Shown here in pieces: positions 25,446 through 37,518 of a DNA stretch of 64,000 nt. Within the stretch, counting starts at the first letter, position 1; each line of letters opens with the position of its first letter. Below the pieces are notes generated by a model. It made no database searches. It was not told where the DNA came from and saw only the letters and a list, made by a program, of their open reading frames with translations. The DNA is taken from the NCBI RefSeq assembly GCF_044704955.1, contig NC_091998.1:9672001-9736000 (forward strand). Reading direction: 5' to 3'. Made by a program: the position numbers and the translations under genes. The stretch comes from Pristiophorus japonicus. Lineage: Eukaryota.

Positions 25446-26826
25446 TCAGCTCAGGTTGTTGTTTGGGCTCCTTCTGTTCCTCATCTTCGTCCTGCTCCTC
25501 GGAGACATCATCTGAAGACATGATGTCGGGTCTCACACATACGCTGATGGAACCCACCTCTACGCCACCACCACCTCTCTCGACCCCTTCACTGCCTCTG
25601 TCTTGTCAGACTGCTTGTCTGATATCCAGTCTTGGATGAGCCGAAATTTCCTCCAATTAAAGAAAGACAGACTTGCATTTATATAACGCCTTTCATGACC
25701 TACGGCCGTCTCAAAGCGCTTTACAGCCAATGAAGTACTTTTGGAGTGCGGTCAGTGTTATAATGTGGGAAACGCAGCAGTCAGTTTGCACACAGCAAGC
25801 TCCCACAAACAGCAATGTGATAATGACCAGATAATCTGGGGGTTTTTGTATCATGTTGATTGAGGGATAAATATTGGCCAGGACACCGGGGAGAACTCCC
25901 CTGCTCTTTTTCAAAATAGTGCCGTGGGATCTTTTATGTCCACTTGAGATAACAGACGGGACCTCAGTTTCACGTCTCATCCAAAAGACGGCACCTCCGA
26001 CAGTGCAGCGCTCCCTCAGCACCGCACTGGGAGTATCAGCCTAGGTTTTTGGGGCTCAATTCCCTGGACCCACAACCTTCTGACTCAGAGGCGAGTGTGC
26101 TACCCACTAAGTCACAGCTGACACTGGAAAGACCGAAGCCATTTTCTTCGGCCCTGCCTCAAACTCCGTTCCCTAGCCACCGATTCCATCCCCTCTCAGG
26201 TAACTGTCTCGGGCTGAACCAAACTGTTCGCAATCTCGGCTTCCAATGTGACCCCGAGCTGAGCCTCTGACCCCGTGTCCTCTCCACAAAGACCGCCGAC
26301 TTCCAACTTCTCTATTTTAAGCCATCTTCACCCCTGCCTCAGTTGAAACTCCCATCCAGGCCTCAGTTACCTCTAGACTTGACTCTTCCAATGTTCTCTG
26401 GGCCGGCCTCCCACCTTGCACCCTCCATAAAATTAAGCTCGTCTAAAACTCTGCTACTTGTATCCTAACTCGCACCTAGTCCCGTTCATCCATCAGCCCT
26501 GTGCTCGCTGACCTACATTGATTCCCGGTCCAGCAAAGCCTCGATTTCAACATTCTCATACTAGTATTCAAATCGTGTTCAAACTCTTGTCTCTTGCACA
26601 TCCCCCACTTCCTTTGCCCCACCATTCCTTCAGCTTTCTAAGCCCTAAACTCTGGAATTTCTGCCCTCCCTCCTCGAGTAATGGAGAATGATCTCACAGT
26701 TGCCTTATGTCAACATTCTTTCTTTCAAAACGGATGCATCATTTTAATCTTTAGGGTTTGAAATACAATTCATGGGGTTCAGCTTCATGTACAGTTTAAA
26801 ATGGTTGTGGTTTGACCCCAAAATAG

Positions 26827-26916
26827 GTTTTCCAGGACCTCGAGGCATGCCAGGTTTTCCCGGGATGTCTGGACCAGTTGGGCCAAAAGGGGAGAAGGGG
26901 GATACAGGAAATGAAG
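26827..26916 (+). CDS. Collectin coding exon 2: 10 Gly-X-Y triplets
   Basis: TAG|...GFPGPRGMPGFPGMSGPVGPKGEKGDTGNE G|GTGAG, phase 1-1, 90 nt. An alternative acceptor exists at 26836. Confidence 0.88.
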
Positions 26917-27383
26917 GTGAGGTCATCTTTCGGTATATTGGACACAGGAAATGCTCCTGGGGAAGATCAGCTTGGTTCTGTTGGGAGTATCTTGCCTCGG
27001 GAACAACCCGCGAATGTTACCGTCGTCCAGATAGCACTTTTTAGTAAGTTTTAGCCAGATTGTAATTATCCCGGCTATTGTAAGGGGATCTCTGCTCAGT
27101 AATGTACCTCATCACCAAAAGAGTGTACTTGAGATATGGTTCGCGAGTTATTGATACTATGAGAGACAATTCAAAAATATACAGAGATTTATTTGAAGAA
27201 CCCCCTTTGCAATTTACAGTTGGTGAGTCAGTCAATCGCAACGTTAGCAGTTCCAAGAAAGGTGAAAAATAAAATCTTATTTCTGGTAGAGAATCTTACT
27301 TTCAAATCTAAACTTCGTTACACTATTACAGTATTACAGTTCTTAAAATTGTTTAAGCAGGATATCCATCAATTATCAAGGTA

Positions 27384-28030
27384 CAGGTTGTACCTCTCCA
27401 GTCTGGCACCCTAGGAACCTGACCGCTGCCGGACCAGAGAATTTTCCGGACCACAGGAGGTCACGCCGGCCCTGGCATTGTCAGCAGTACCCTAGACTTA
27501 CCGCTGGCAGAGCATGTAGAAATCAAGCGCAGGCAGCAGAAAGAGCGTGCGGCAAACCAGTCCCACCCACCGCTCCCCTCAACGACTATCTGTCCCACCT
27601 GTGACAGAGTCCGTGGCTCTCGTATTGGACGGTTCAGCCACCAAGGAACTCACTTCAGGAGTGGAAGCAAGTCTTCCTCGACTCCGAGGGACTGCCTATG
27701 ATATGATGATGATGAGACTTACCGGGTACTGCTGACAACATTTCGCTGCTGACAACGACCCAGCCGTGTTCTGCGCATGCGCGGCGCAGATGCCTACTGC
27801 AGAGCATTTCTCAGGCCCCGCTTCAGTGCATCATTCAGCCGCCACGCTCCTCGCTCCCTCTCCACGCAGACCCGACCGAGGAGGAAAACACTGGAGGCAG
27901 TGGGGAGAAGAGGAGCAGCCAGCCCCAGGACACAACAGGGGTCGCGACCCCCCCCCCCCTCCACAGGGAATGATGCCGGACCAGGGATGTTGCCAGACCA
28001 AAGAATCCCAGACTGGAGAGGTAAAACCTG
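27384..28030. mobile_element. Tc1/mariner-type MITE with a nested RTE 3' fragment (27504-27714)
   Basis: TIR CAGGTT(G/T)TACCTCTCCAGTCTGG with TA flanks; RTE insert bounded by TSD AGACTTACCG and a (GAT)n tail. Confidence 0.85.
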
Positions 28031-29310
28031 TAGCAGTTAACTTCAATCCCCGAGAAGTAAAGAGACCACAGAGCAAAATATACGTTGCCTTCTGCCTTGC
28101 TCCGTAGTCGAGACGTGCCTTTGCCCATTAAAGAGTGTCTAACTTTCTCATCCGACCTTTCATCATTTATACTCTTTTTTGCCCTGTTTCATAAGATCTC
28201 AAGTTAATCATCATCAGTTATCGTCTTGCTGCCTTGCATTCCTAGCTTCTGTATCAATACATAGCTATTGTGAGTTTACTATTCTGTTTAAAGAGCACGT
28301 CATGTGTTTGTGCGCTGGGCACTTGAAATGTTTTCTTTATGTTGTGTCATTCTTACAAGATTATCCAATAAATTCTTTATGATCTTAGGATTTTAGTTTT
28401 GTTTGTGTGAGGTACTTAAATGTTTCTAATTCAACTGAACTAATCATGTATTCATTGTGTGGTTTCTTATCTGTGACCCAGAGGGCAGCTGCCATTTGTT
28501 TATGATCAACAATCCAGATTAGGCCAATCAAGCTGACTGCTTAGTTCAACAACTGTCCTGTTTAAAGAAGTTAATACATTAACTTATTCAGGGTCAGTCC
28601 TTGAGTGCTGGAAATCATCTGTGGCTAGGATTGCCAAATCCAATCCGTCCTATTTTTAAAGAAGTTAAAAGGTAGAGATTTTAAAGAAGTTATAAGGTTG
28701 TGACTTATTTTTAAAGAAGTTATGATAGAATTCCTCCACAATATACAGATGGGGATAATTTTCTTACTGTGGGCTGAAGATGGACAAGGTTTCCCGCTGA
28801 TAGCTAGTACTTAAAAAATTATCCGAGTTCATAGAATTCTAGGCATTTTACAGCATAGAAGGAGGCCAAATCCTAAATCTATGGCCCTCTGGTTGTTGAC
28901 CCCTATGCTCAGGGAAATAGGTCCGTCCTATCCACTCTATCTAGGCCCCTCATAATTTTGTACAGCTCAATTAAATCTCCTCTCAGCCTCCTCTGTTCCA
29001 AAGAAAACAAGCCCAGACTATCCAATCTTTCCTCATAGCTAAAATTCTCCAGTTCAACATCTTCGTAAATCTCCTCTGCACTCTCTCTAGTGCAATCACA
29101 CCTTTCCTGTAACGTGGTGGCCAGAACTGTGCTCAGATCATCACCCAAGTGGTCCTTCTTGATGAGGGAACAGCATGGACAATTGGCAGACTATTTGATT
29201 AGTAGGAGCAACACAGCCGAACAAGATCCTGATCTCCCTTCTTTATGGGAATTCTATGGGAAGACGTTGTAACTGTAGAACTGATTTGGAAATGTGATCC
29301 CATTTTATAG

Positions 29311-29394
29311 GTCCAGCAGGCGACAGAAGTCAGATCTCTCAATTGGAGGAGAAACTTCAACTCCTACAGCACGCTTACTCTCAGCTTAGAAATG
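29311..29394 (+). CDS. Collectin coding exon 3: neck coiled coil
   Basis: TTTATAG|GPAGDRSQISQLEEKLQLLQHAYSQLRN G|GTAAG, 84 nt, phase 1-1, heptad Leu/Ile. Too short for the ORF track. Confidence 0.88.
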
Positions 29395-30167
29395 GTAAGC
29401 AGAGTCATTTTTGGTTGCTTTTAACTCAATAATATCCTCACATGAGCCGAACTACAATAAACACAACTTGTATTTATACAGCGCCTTTAACATAGTAAAA
29501 CGTTCCAAGGTGCTTCACAGGAGTATTATCAGAGAAGGCTTTGACACCGAGCTACATAAGGAGATAATAGTCAGGTGACCAAAGCTTGGTCAAAGAGGTA
29601 GGTTTTAAGGAGTGTCTTGAAGGAGGAAAGAGACAGCTAGAGAGGCAGGGAGTTTTGGGAGGGAATTCCAGAGCATAGGGCTTCGGCAGCTGAAGGCGGG
29701 GGTGAAGGAAATACTCGAGGTCAGAATTGGAGGAACGCAGGTCTCTCGGAGATTTGTAGGGCTTCCTTGCCACAGAGTCTTGGGAACAATTCCGCCGACC
29801 CACCCTCCCCCTTCTACTTTGCACATTGGAAGTTCCTGTCCCTCGCTGAGGATGTGTTGATCGCAGGCAAGGCACATCCCAGAAAAAGAGACATCCATCA
29901 TCTCATGACCTGATTCAAGTCAGCACATGAAACAATGGGACGGGTGCTTGTTAGATAACTCAGTGATGATGCAAGGCTAAAAAGGATCAAATGAATTGGG
30001 AGATAATGGAAATGAAACCCACCCAGTATTCCTTAACCTCAAATTCTAGGACATGTCCATTTCCCACTGCCAAATTCCTTTGTTGTCAAATTACTGTGAA
30101 ATTGTAGCAAGGTACACTGACTTGGTAGCTGTAGAATAATGAACAGCTCCTCCATGAAACAGTACAT

Positions 30168-32389
30168 TAATGAACTTAAAGAAGGGTAACTTTGAAGGTA
30201 TGAGGCGTAAATTGGCTAGGATAGATTGGCGAATGATACTTAAGGGGTTGACTGTGGATGGGCAATGGCAGACATTTAGAGACCGCATGGATGAACTACA
30301 ACAATTGTACATTCCTGTCTGGCGTAAAAATAAAAAAGGGAAGGTGGCTCAACCGTGGCTATCAAGGGAAATCAGGGATAGTATTAAAGCCAAGGAAGTG
30401 GCATACAAATTGGCCAGAAATAGCAGCGAACCCGGGGACTGGGAGAAATTTAGAACTCAGCAGAGGAGGACAAAGGGTTTGATTAGGGCAGGGAAAATGG
30501 AGTACGAGAAGAAGCTTGCAGGGAACATTAAGGCGGATTGCAAAAGTTTCTATAGGTATGTAAAGAGAAAAAGGTTAGTAAAGACAAACGTAGGTCCCCT
30601 GCAGTCAGAATCAGGAGAAGTCATAACGGGGAACAAAGAAATGGCAGACCAATTGAACAAGTACTTTGGTTTGGTATTCACTAAGGAGGACACCAACAAC
30701 CTTCCGGATATAAAAGGGGTCAGAGGGTCTAGTAAGGAGGAGGAACTGAGGGAAATCTTTATTAGTCGGGAAATTGTGTTGGGGAAATTGATGGGATTGA
30801 AGGCCGATAAATCCCCAGGGCCTGATGGACTGCATCCCAGAGTACTTAAGGAGGTGGCCTTGGAAATAGTGGATGCATTGACAGTCATTTTCCAACATTC
30901 CATTGACTCTGGATCAGTTCCTATCGAGTGGAGGGTAGCCAATGTAACCCCACTTTTTAAAAAAGGAGGGAGAGAGAAAACAGGGAATTATAGACCGGTC
31001 AGCCTGACCTCAGTAGTGGGTAAAATTATGGAATCAATTATTAAGGATGTCATAGCAGTGCATTTGGAAAATGGTGACATGATAGGTCCAAGTCAGCATG
31101 GATTTGTGAAAGGGAAATCATGCTTGACAAATCTTCTGGAATTTTTTGAGGATGTTTCCAGTAAAGTGGACAAGGGAGAACCAGTTGATGTGGTATATTT
31201 GGACTTTCAGAAGGCTTTCGACAAGGTCCCACACAAGAGATTAATGTGCAAAGTTAAAGCACATGGGATTGGGGGTAGCGTGCTGACGTGGATTGAGAAC
31301 TGGTTGTCAGACAGGAAGCAAAGAGTAGGAGTAAATGGGTAATTTTCAGAATGGCAGGCAGTGACTAGTGGGGTACCGCAAGGTTCTGTGCTGGGGCCCC
31401 AGCTGTTTACATTGTACATTAATGATTTAGACGAGGGGATTAAATGTAGTATCTCCAAATTTGCGGATGACACTAAGTTGGGTGGCAGTGTGAGCTGCGA
31501 GGAGGATGCTATGAGGCTGCAGAGCGACTTGGATAGGTTAGGTGAGTGGGCAAATGCATGGCAGATGAAGTATAATGTGGATAAATGTGAGGTTATCCAC
31601 TTTGGTGGTAAAAACAGAGAGACAGACTATTATCTGAATGGTGACAGATTAGGAAAAGGGGAGGTGCAACGAGACCTGGGTGTCATGGTACATCAGTCAT
31701 TGAAGGTACAGCAGGCGGTTAAGAAAGCAAATGGCATGTTGGCCTTCATAGCGAGGGGATTTGAGTACAGGGGCAGGGAGGTGTTGCTACAGTTGTACAG
31801 GGCCTTGGTGAGGCCACACCTGGAGTATTGTGTTCAGTTTTGGTCTCCTAACTTGAGGAAGGACATTCTTGCTATTGAGGGAGTGCAGCGAAGATTCACC
31901 AGACTGATTCCCGGGATGGTGGGACTGACCTATCAAGAAAGACTGGATCAACTGGGCTTGTATTCACTGGAGTTCAGAAGAATGAGAGGGGACCTCATAG
32001 AAACATTTAAAATTCTGACGGGTTTAGACAGGTTAGATGCAGGAAGAATGTTCCCAATGTTGGGGAAGTCCAGAACCAAGGGTCACAGCCTAAGGATAAG
32101 GGGTAAGCCATTTAGGACCGAGATGAGGAGAAACTTCTTCACCCGGAGAGTGGTGAACCTGTGGAATTCTCTACCACAGAAAGTAGTTGAGGCCAATTCA
32201 CTAAATATATTCAAAAGGGAGTTAGATGAAGTCCTTACTACTCGGGGGATCAAGGGGTATGGCGAGAAAGCAGGAAGGGGGTACTGAAGTTTCATGTTCA
32301 GCCATGAACTCATTGAATGGCGGTGCAGGCTAGAAGGGCTGAATGGCCTACTCCTGCACCTATTTTCTATGTTTCTATGTTTCTATGTA
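30168..32389 (+). mobile_element. Young CR1 LINE, 5'-truncated, in collectin intron 3 (one stop and a small in-frame deletion)
   Basis: ORFs 30170-31342 and 31361-32287 are near-identical to ORF2 at 7616. Confidence 0.95.
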
Positions 32390-32559
32390 TTAATCTAAAA
32401 GAAACCTTTAGAAGTTCGGCAATTGGAAGCTCAATTGGAAGACTAAGTTTCTGGAGCCTGTTCGTCAGTGGCTCAGTGGGTCGCAGGTCATCAGGACGCT
32501 GGTCGCTGCTTGGTGCGTGGGTAGGAGCATCGGCAGGGCCCAGGTACAGCGGAGGAGCG

Positions 32560-33128
32560 GGAAGGACATGGCAGAGTTGCGGCGCGTGATCGAGGCGGAG
32601 GAGCGATGAGGGATCGAGGCTGAGATTCGATGGGTGATCGTGGCGGAGGTGCGGCGAATGTTTGGTGAGGAGGTGCGGCGGAAGATCACGGTGGAGGAAC
32701 ATCAAATGTTTTGTGGCGGAGGAGCGCTGAGAGATCGTGGCGGAGGTGCGACGAATGTTTGTGGCGGAGGAGCGGCGAGAGATCGTGGCAGAGGTGTGGT
32801 GAATGAGGGTACGGGGCCCAGAAGAGCCGAGGGCCCAGGGGCAGCACAGGCCAGCCCACACTGCCATACTAGGTCCGTGCAGCAGAGCAGGTCTCCAGTC
32901 GTCCTGGTTAACCCTTGCCACTGGACCAAGACCTAGCTCTGTCAAGCCCGTGTGGTGGCTGGTGTGCAATGGTCACCACACGTTAAAAAAATCCACGCAC
33001 AGGCATCTTCCACCCCTTCAATTGGAGTTCAGGACTGGAACATCGGGTCCTTCATTGAAACATCTGTGAACTCTTGTGGAAGCAAGTCATCCTCGTGCAA
33101 GGGACCACCTACGGTGATGATGATGATG
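32560..33128 (+). mobile_element. Non-autonomous retroposon with an RTE-like 3' tail and GC-rich repetitive head
   Basis: CCACTGGACCAAGACCTAGCTCTGTCAAGCCCGTGTGG...GTGGAAGCAAGTCATCCTCG...(GAT)n; copies at ~44440-44730 and ~51590-51970. Confidence 0.65.
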
Positions 33129-33720
33129 AACACACTCGCCTCTGAGTCAGAAGATTGTGGGTTCAAGTCCCATTCGGAGACTTGTGCACAAAAATCTAGG
33201 CCAACACTCCAGTGCAGTGCTGAGGTGATGCCGCACTGTCAGAGGTGCCGTCTTTCGGATGAGACGTTAAACTGAGGCCCCATCCACACTCTCAGGTGCA
33301 TGTAAAAGATCCCACGGCCATTTCGAAGAAGAGCAGTGTCCTGGCCAATATTTATCCCTCAATCAACATTACAATAAAAAGAGATGATCTGGTCATCATC
33401 ACATTGCTGTTTGTGGGAGCTTGCTGTGTGCAAATTGGCCGCTGCGTTTCCCACATTACAAAGTGACTGCACTTCAAAAAGTACTTGATTGGCTGTAAAG
33501 CACCTTGAGACGTCCGGTGATCATGAAAGTCTTTCTTTCTTTCTGTGGACTTTACATGGACTTCCCATAGTCTTTTCTTCCACCATTTTAATTTTCTAAA
33601 ACAGGAAGTGATGCCGAGAAACTTCCTGGATACCGTTCCCAAGCAATGCTCGGGGCAACCGGCCCATCACAAATAAAGTGTTTTGCCGTTCTCATTCGAC
33701 CTGTTCCCTTCTCTCCTCAG

Positions 33721-34103
33721 CTTTTTCCGTCAACACCGGAATCCAAGACGTGACGGGAAAATTACTGGTTGCGTCCAGTAAAAAGGCAAACTTTGAGAAT
33801 GCCAAAAGAATCTGCAGGAAAGCAGGAGGAGAACTTGTCAGCCCCAGGAATTCCGTTGAAAACGAAGCACTTGCCACTCTTACAGCAGAAAAGAAAATAA
33901 GAGTATTTCTTGGAATTACTGCTGCCCGGTCGGAGGGCACCTTTAAGTATCTAAACAGAGATACAGTTGTTTACAACAACTGGTTCCCCGGAGAACCCGA
34001 TAATTCAGATAACAATGAAGATTGTGTTGTGTTTCATGAAAACGGGACGTGGACTGATTATAGATGTGACCAGGAGTTCAGCGTTGTTTGTGAATTTGTG
34101 TAA
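33721..34103 (+). CDS. Collectin coding exon 4: C-type lectin domain (spliced protein 246 aa)
   Basis: CTCCTCAG| acceptor; C...GG.L..PRN..EN, FLGIT, YNNWFPGEPD, EDCV, GTWTDYRC, VVCEF; AATAAA at 34282. Confidence 0.95.
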
Positions 34104-35237
34104 AGGCCCCACCACTTAAAGTGGCCATCTTCCTTTCACAAAATCTCAAATACCTTCCTGCTACATAATCCCTGGTCGCAACATTACCACCAAGCGGGGT
34201 GAGGCAACACTTGCGATGATTGGCATCACTCTACCTTTTCCGCGAGCTATTAATTCAGCTGTCATGGAGTATTGAACATTGAATAAAATACCACTTAAAG
34301 CTTTTATTAGAGGCGGACTCATTTGAATAAGTCGGATTGTCGATGTATTTTTTTTGGTAGCAGGCACTAAACATCTTAACCTCAAGATCACGGTTTGCAA
34401 TATTAGCCCATGAACTGTTATTGGGTTAGCACCGGGGTTAAAATAACTAGGCAAAGTTGCACAAACACGTTAATCTGCACAGCTGATGTGGCAAGCAGCA
34501 ACTTCTAGTCTCCGCTACTCAGGTTAGGTATGAAACTATTGTAATCCCACCCACTGCTCTGGCTCAATGCCACCCTTGTCAGTACCTATACCTGTTAGCC
34601 GTGGCACAGTGGGTAGCACTCTCGGCGTCAGAAGGTTGTGGGTTCAAGTCCCACTCCAGAGACTTGAGCTCAAAAATCTAGGCTGACACTCCAGTGCAGT
34701 GCTGAGGGAGCGCCGCACTATCGGAGGTGCCGTCTTTCGGATGAGACGTTAAACCGAGGCCCCGTCTGCTCTCTCAGATCCCGTGGCATGAGTTTGAAGA
34801 GCACGGGAGTTCTCCCCGGTGTCCTGGCCAATATTTATCCCTCAATCAACATCACTAAAACAGATTGTCCGGCCATTATCACCTTGCTGCTTATGGGAGC
34901 TTGCTTTGCGCAAATTTGCCTCCAAGTCACACAGCATCCTGACTTTGGAAGTATATCGCCGTTCCTTCATCATCGCTGGGTCAAAATCGTGGAACTCCCT
35001 CTCCAACAGCACTGTGGGAGCACCTTCACCACACGGACTGCAGCGGTTCAGAAAGGCAGTTTACCACCACCTTCTCAAGGGCAATTATGGATTATAGAAT
35101 TGTAGAAATTTACAGCACGGAAGGAGGCCATTTCAGCTCATCTTGTCCGCGTCAGCCAGCAAAGAGCTATCCAGCCTAATCCCACTTTCCAGCTCTTGGT
35201 CCGTAGCCTTGTAGGTTTCAGCACTTCAAGTGCATAT

Positions 35238-35441
35238 TGTAATGTATGTATGCCTGGGTTTAACTGCCACCAGGGGGAGAGACCGTCAGAGGACATTGGG
35301 CCACAGACACACACGTGCAGCCCTTGTATATAAAGAAAGCCTCCATGTTTAATCCTGACTTTGAGAGCGAATAAAGTAGAGTCAAGTCGCACCTGATTGA
35401 GTTCACCGTACTAAGCCTATTGAGTTATTGCATACGCAACA
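35238..35441 (+). mobile_element. Solo LTR (204 bp) within a CR1 fragment
   Basis: TGT...ACA ends, internal TATATAAA and AATAAA, 5-bp TSD CATAT on both sides. Confidence 0.85.
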
Positions 35442-35904
35442 CATATCCAATGTGGTGGGGGTTTCTGTCTCTACCATCCTTTCAGCCAGTGAGTTCCAGA
35501 CCCCCGCCACCCTTTGGGTGAAGAAATTTCCCCTCAAATCCCCTCTAAACCTCCTACCAATTACTTTAAATCTATGCACCCTGGTTCTTGACCTCTCTGC
35601 TAAGGGAAGTAGGTCCTTCCTATCCACTCTATCAAGGCCCCTCATAATTTGATACACCTCAATAAAGTCTCCCCTCAGCCTCCTCTGTTGCAATGAAAAC
35701 AACCCCAGCCTATCCAATCTTTCCTCATTGCTAAAATTCTCCAGTTCAGGCAATATCCTCACAAACCTCCTCTGTACCCTCTCTAGTGCAATCACATCTT
35801 TCCTGTAATGTGGTGACCAGAACTGCACGCAGCACTGCAGCTGTGGCCTAACTTGTATTTTATACAGTTCAAGCATAACCTCCCTACTCTTGTATTCTAT
35901 GGGC

Positions 35905-36310
35905 AACATCATCATCATAGGCAGTCCCTCAGAATTGAGGAAGGCTTGCTTCCACTCTTAAAATGAGTCCTTAGGTGGCTGAACAGTCCAATCCACGAAC
36001 CATAGTCCCTGTCACAGGTGGGACAGATAGTGGTTGAGGGAAAGGGTGGGTGGGGAGTCTGGTTTGCCACACGCTCCTTCCGCTGCCTGCGCTTTTTTTC
36101 TGCATGCTCTCGGCGACGAGACTCGAGGTGCTCAGCGCCCTCCCGGATGCACTTCCTCCACTTAGGACAATCTTTGGCCAGGGACTCCCAGGTGTCAGTG
36201 GGGATGTTGCACTCTTTCAGGGAGGCTTTGAAGGTGTCCTTAACACGTTTCCTCTGCCCACCTTTGGCTCGTTTGCCGTGAAGGAGCTCCGAGTAGAGAG
36301 CTTGCTTTGC
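35905..36310 (-). mobile_element. RTE-clade LINE 3' fragment
   Basis: KQALYSEL..GKR..GGQRKR...WESLA...CPTCDRD...LFSHLRTH; (GAT)n tail. Other copies at ~43060-43470(-), 44890-45210(-), 57840-58005(-), 61830-62080(+). Confidence 0.85.
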
Positions 36311-37518
36311 AAATGCCGGCCTTGCCAGCGATACCCGCATCCTTTGAACAAATAAAGTTGTCGAATAAATTTAACCCACTAGTTGCTGCTGTAGGCATCT
36401 GAAGTGATCCAAATCTGGCACCATCTCAGCCCTGAGGCGTGTGTGCGAGCACAAAGTACGAAAGTCGCTACATTTAGCACTCCCTGACAGGCCCAGAGTC
36501 GGCAGCATGGTTAACGCTATTCTAGTGTTGTGGTTAAGCTCAAGCCGGAGAGACAAGTGTCTCTTTGTCTTTCCACTGTGCATAACCGAGAAACGATAGC
36601 ATATCTGCAGCTGAAATCTGTGCATTTAATGGTTTGAACAGAACACGCATTCAGACGCAACAAGCAGATAAACTTCAAGTGTCAGAGAGAGAGCAGACCT
36701 GGCCCGGCTGATTGACTCTGCAGATAAATACAACCGTCAATTGGTTTGATAGATGAAAGATTATCCGTTCAGAAACACATTTCTGATTAAGTGCCGTTTG
36801 TTATATCTTCAGTACAACTCACAAACACACACATGCACACACACAAACACACACACACATACACACACACAAAAGTGCCACAGTAACCCACAGGTGGATC
36901 TATATATATTACATCATTGGTCCCAGCCTGGCAATGCTTAGAACCATTTACATTCAGATTTAAATTGGCGTGGTCGTTAATAATTTGATCATGTTAATAT
37001 TTCACGAAAAACACATCACACAATCTGGTTATGGAAGTGTCAGACACAATAATCTAGCAGGAAAGATTGAACAGGCCGGGGCACTTTCCTCCAAAAAAGA
37101 AAAGGCCGAGGGGTGACTTAATAGAGGTCTCTAAGATTATGAGAGTTCAATAGGGCAGGCGTAGAGAAGATGTTGCCACTTGTGTGAGGGAGACCAAAAA
37201 TACAAGATAGTCACTAATAAATCCAGTAGGGAATTCAGGAGAAACTGCTTGACCCAGAAAGTGGTGAGAATGTGGAACTTGCTGCTGCAGGAAGTGGTTG
37301 AGGCGAATAGTGTAGATGCATTTAAGGGGAGGCTAGACAAGCATATGAGGGAGAAAGGGTTACAAGGATATGCTGATGAGGTTAGATGACGAGGGGTGGG
37401 TAGAGGCCTGTGTGGAGCATAAACACCGGCACGGGCCTGTTGGGCCCAATGGCCAGTTTCTGCGCTGTAAATTCGATGTAATTCTACATAACCTGTTGAA
37501 CTATCTCAATCCTTCCTT

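Noticed and set aside
23479-34103. Naming the collectin MBL2 or SFTPD
   Set aside because: It lacks EPN, the kink and the MASP Lys, and the stalk is too short for SP-D. Orthology needs a phylogeny.
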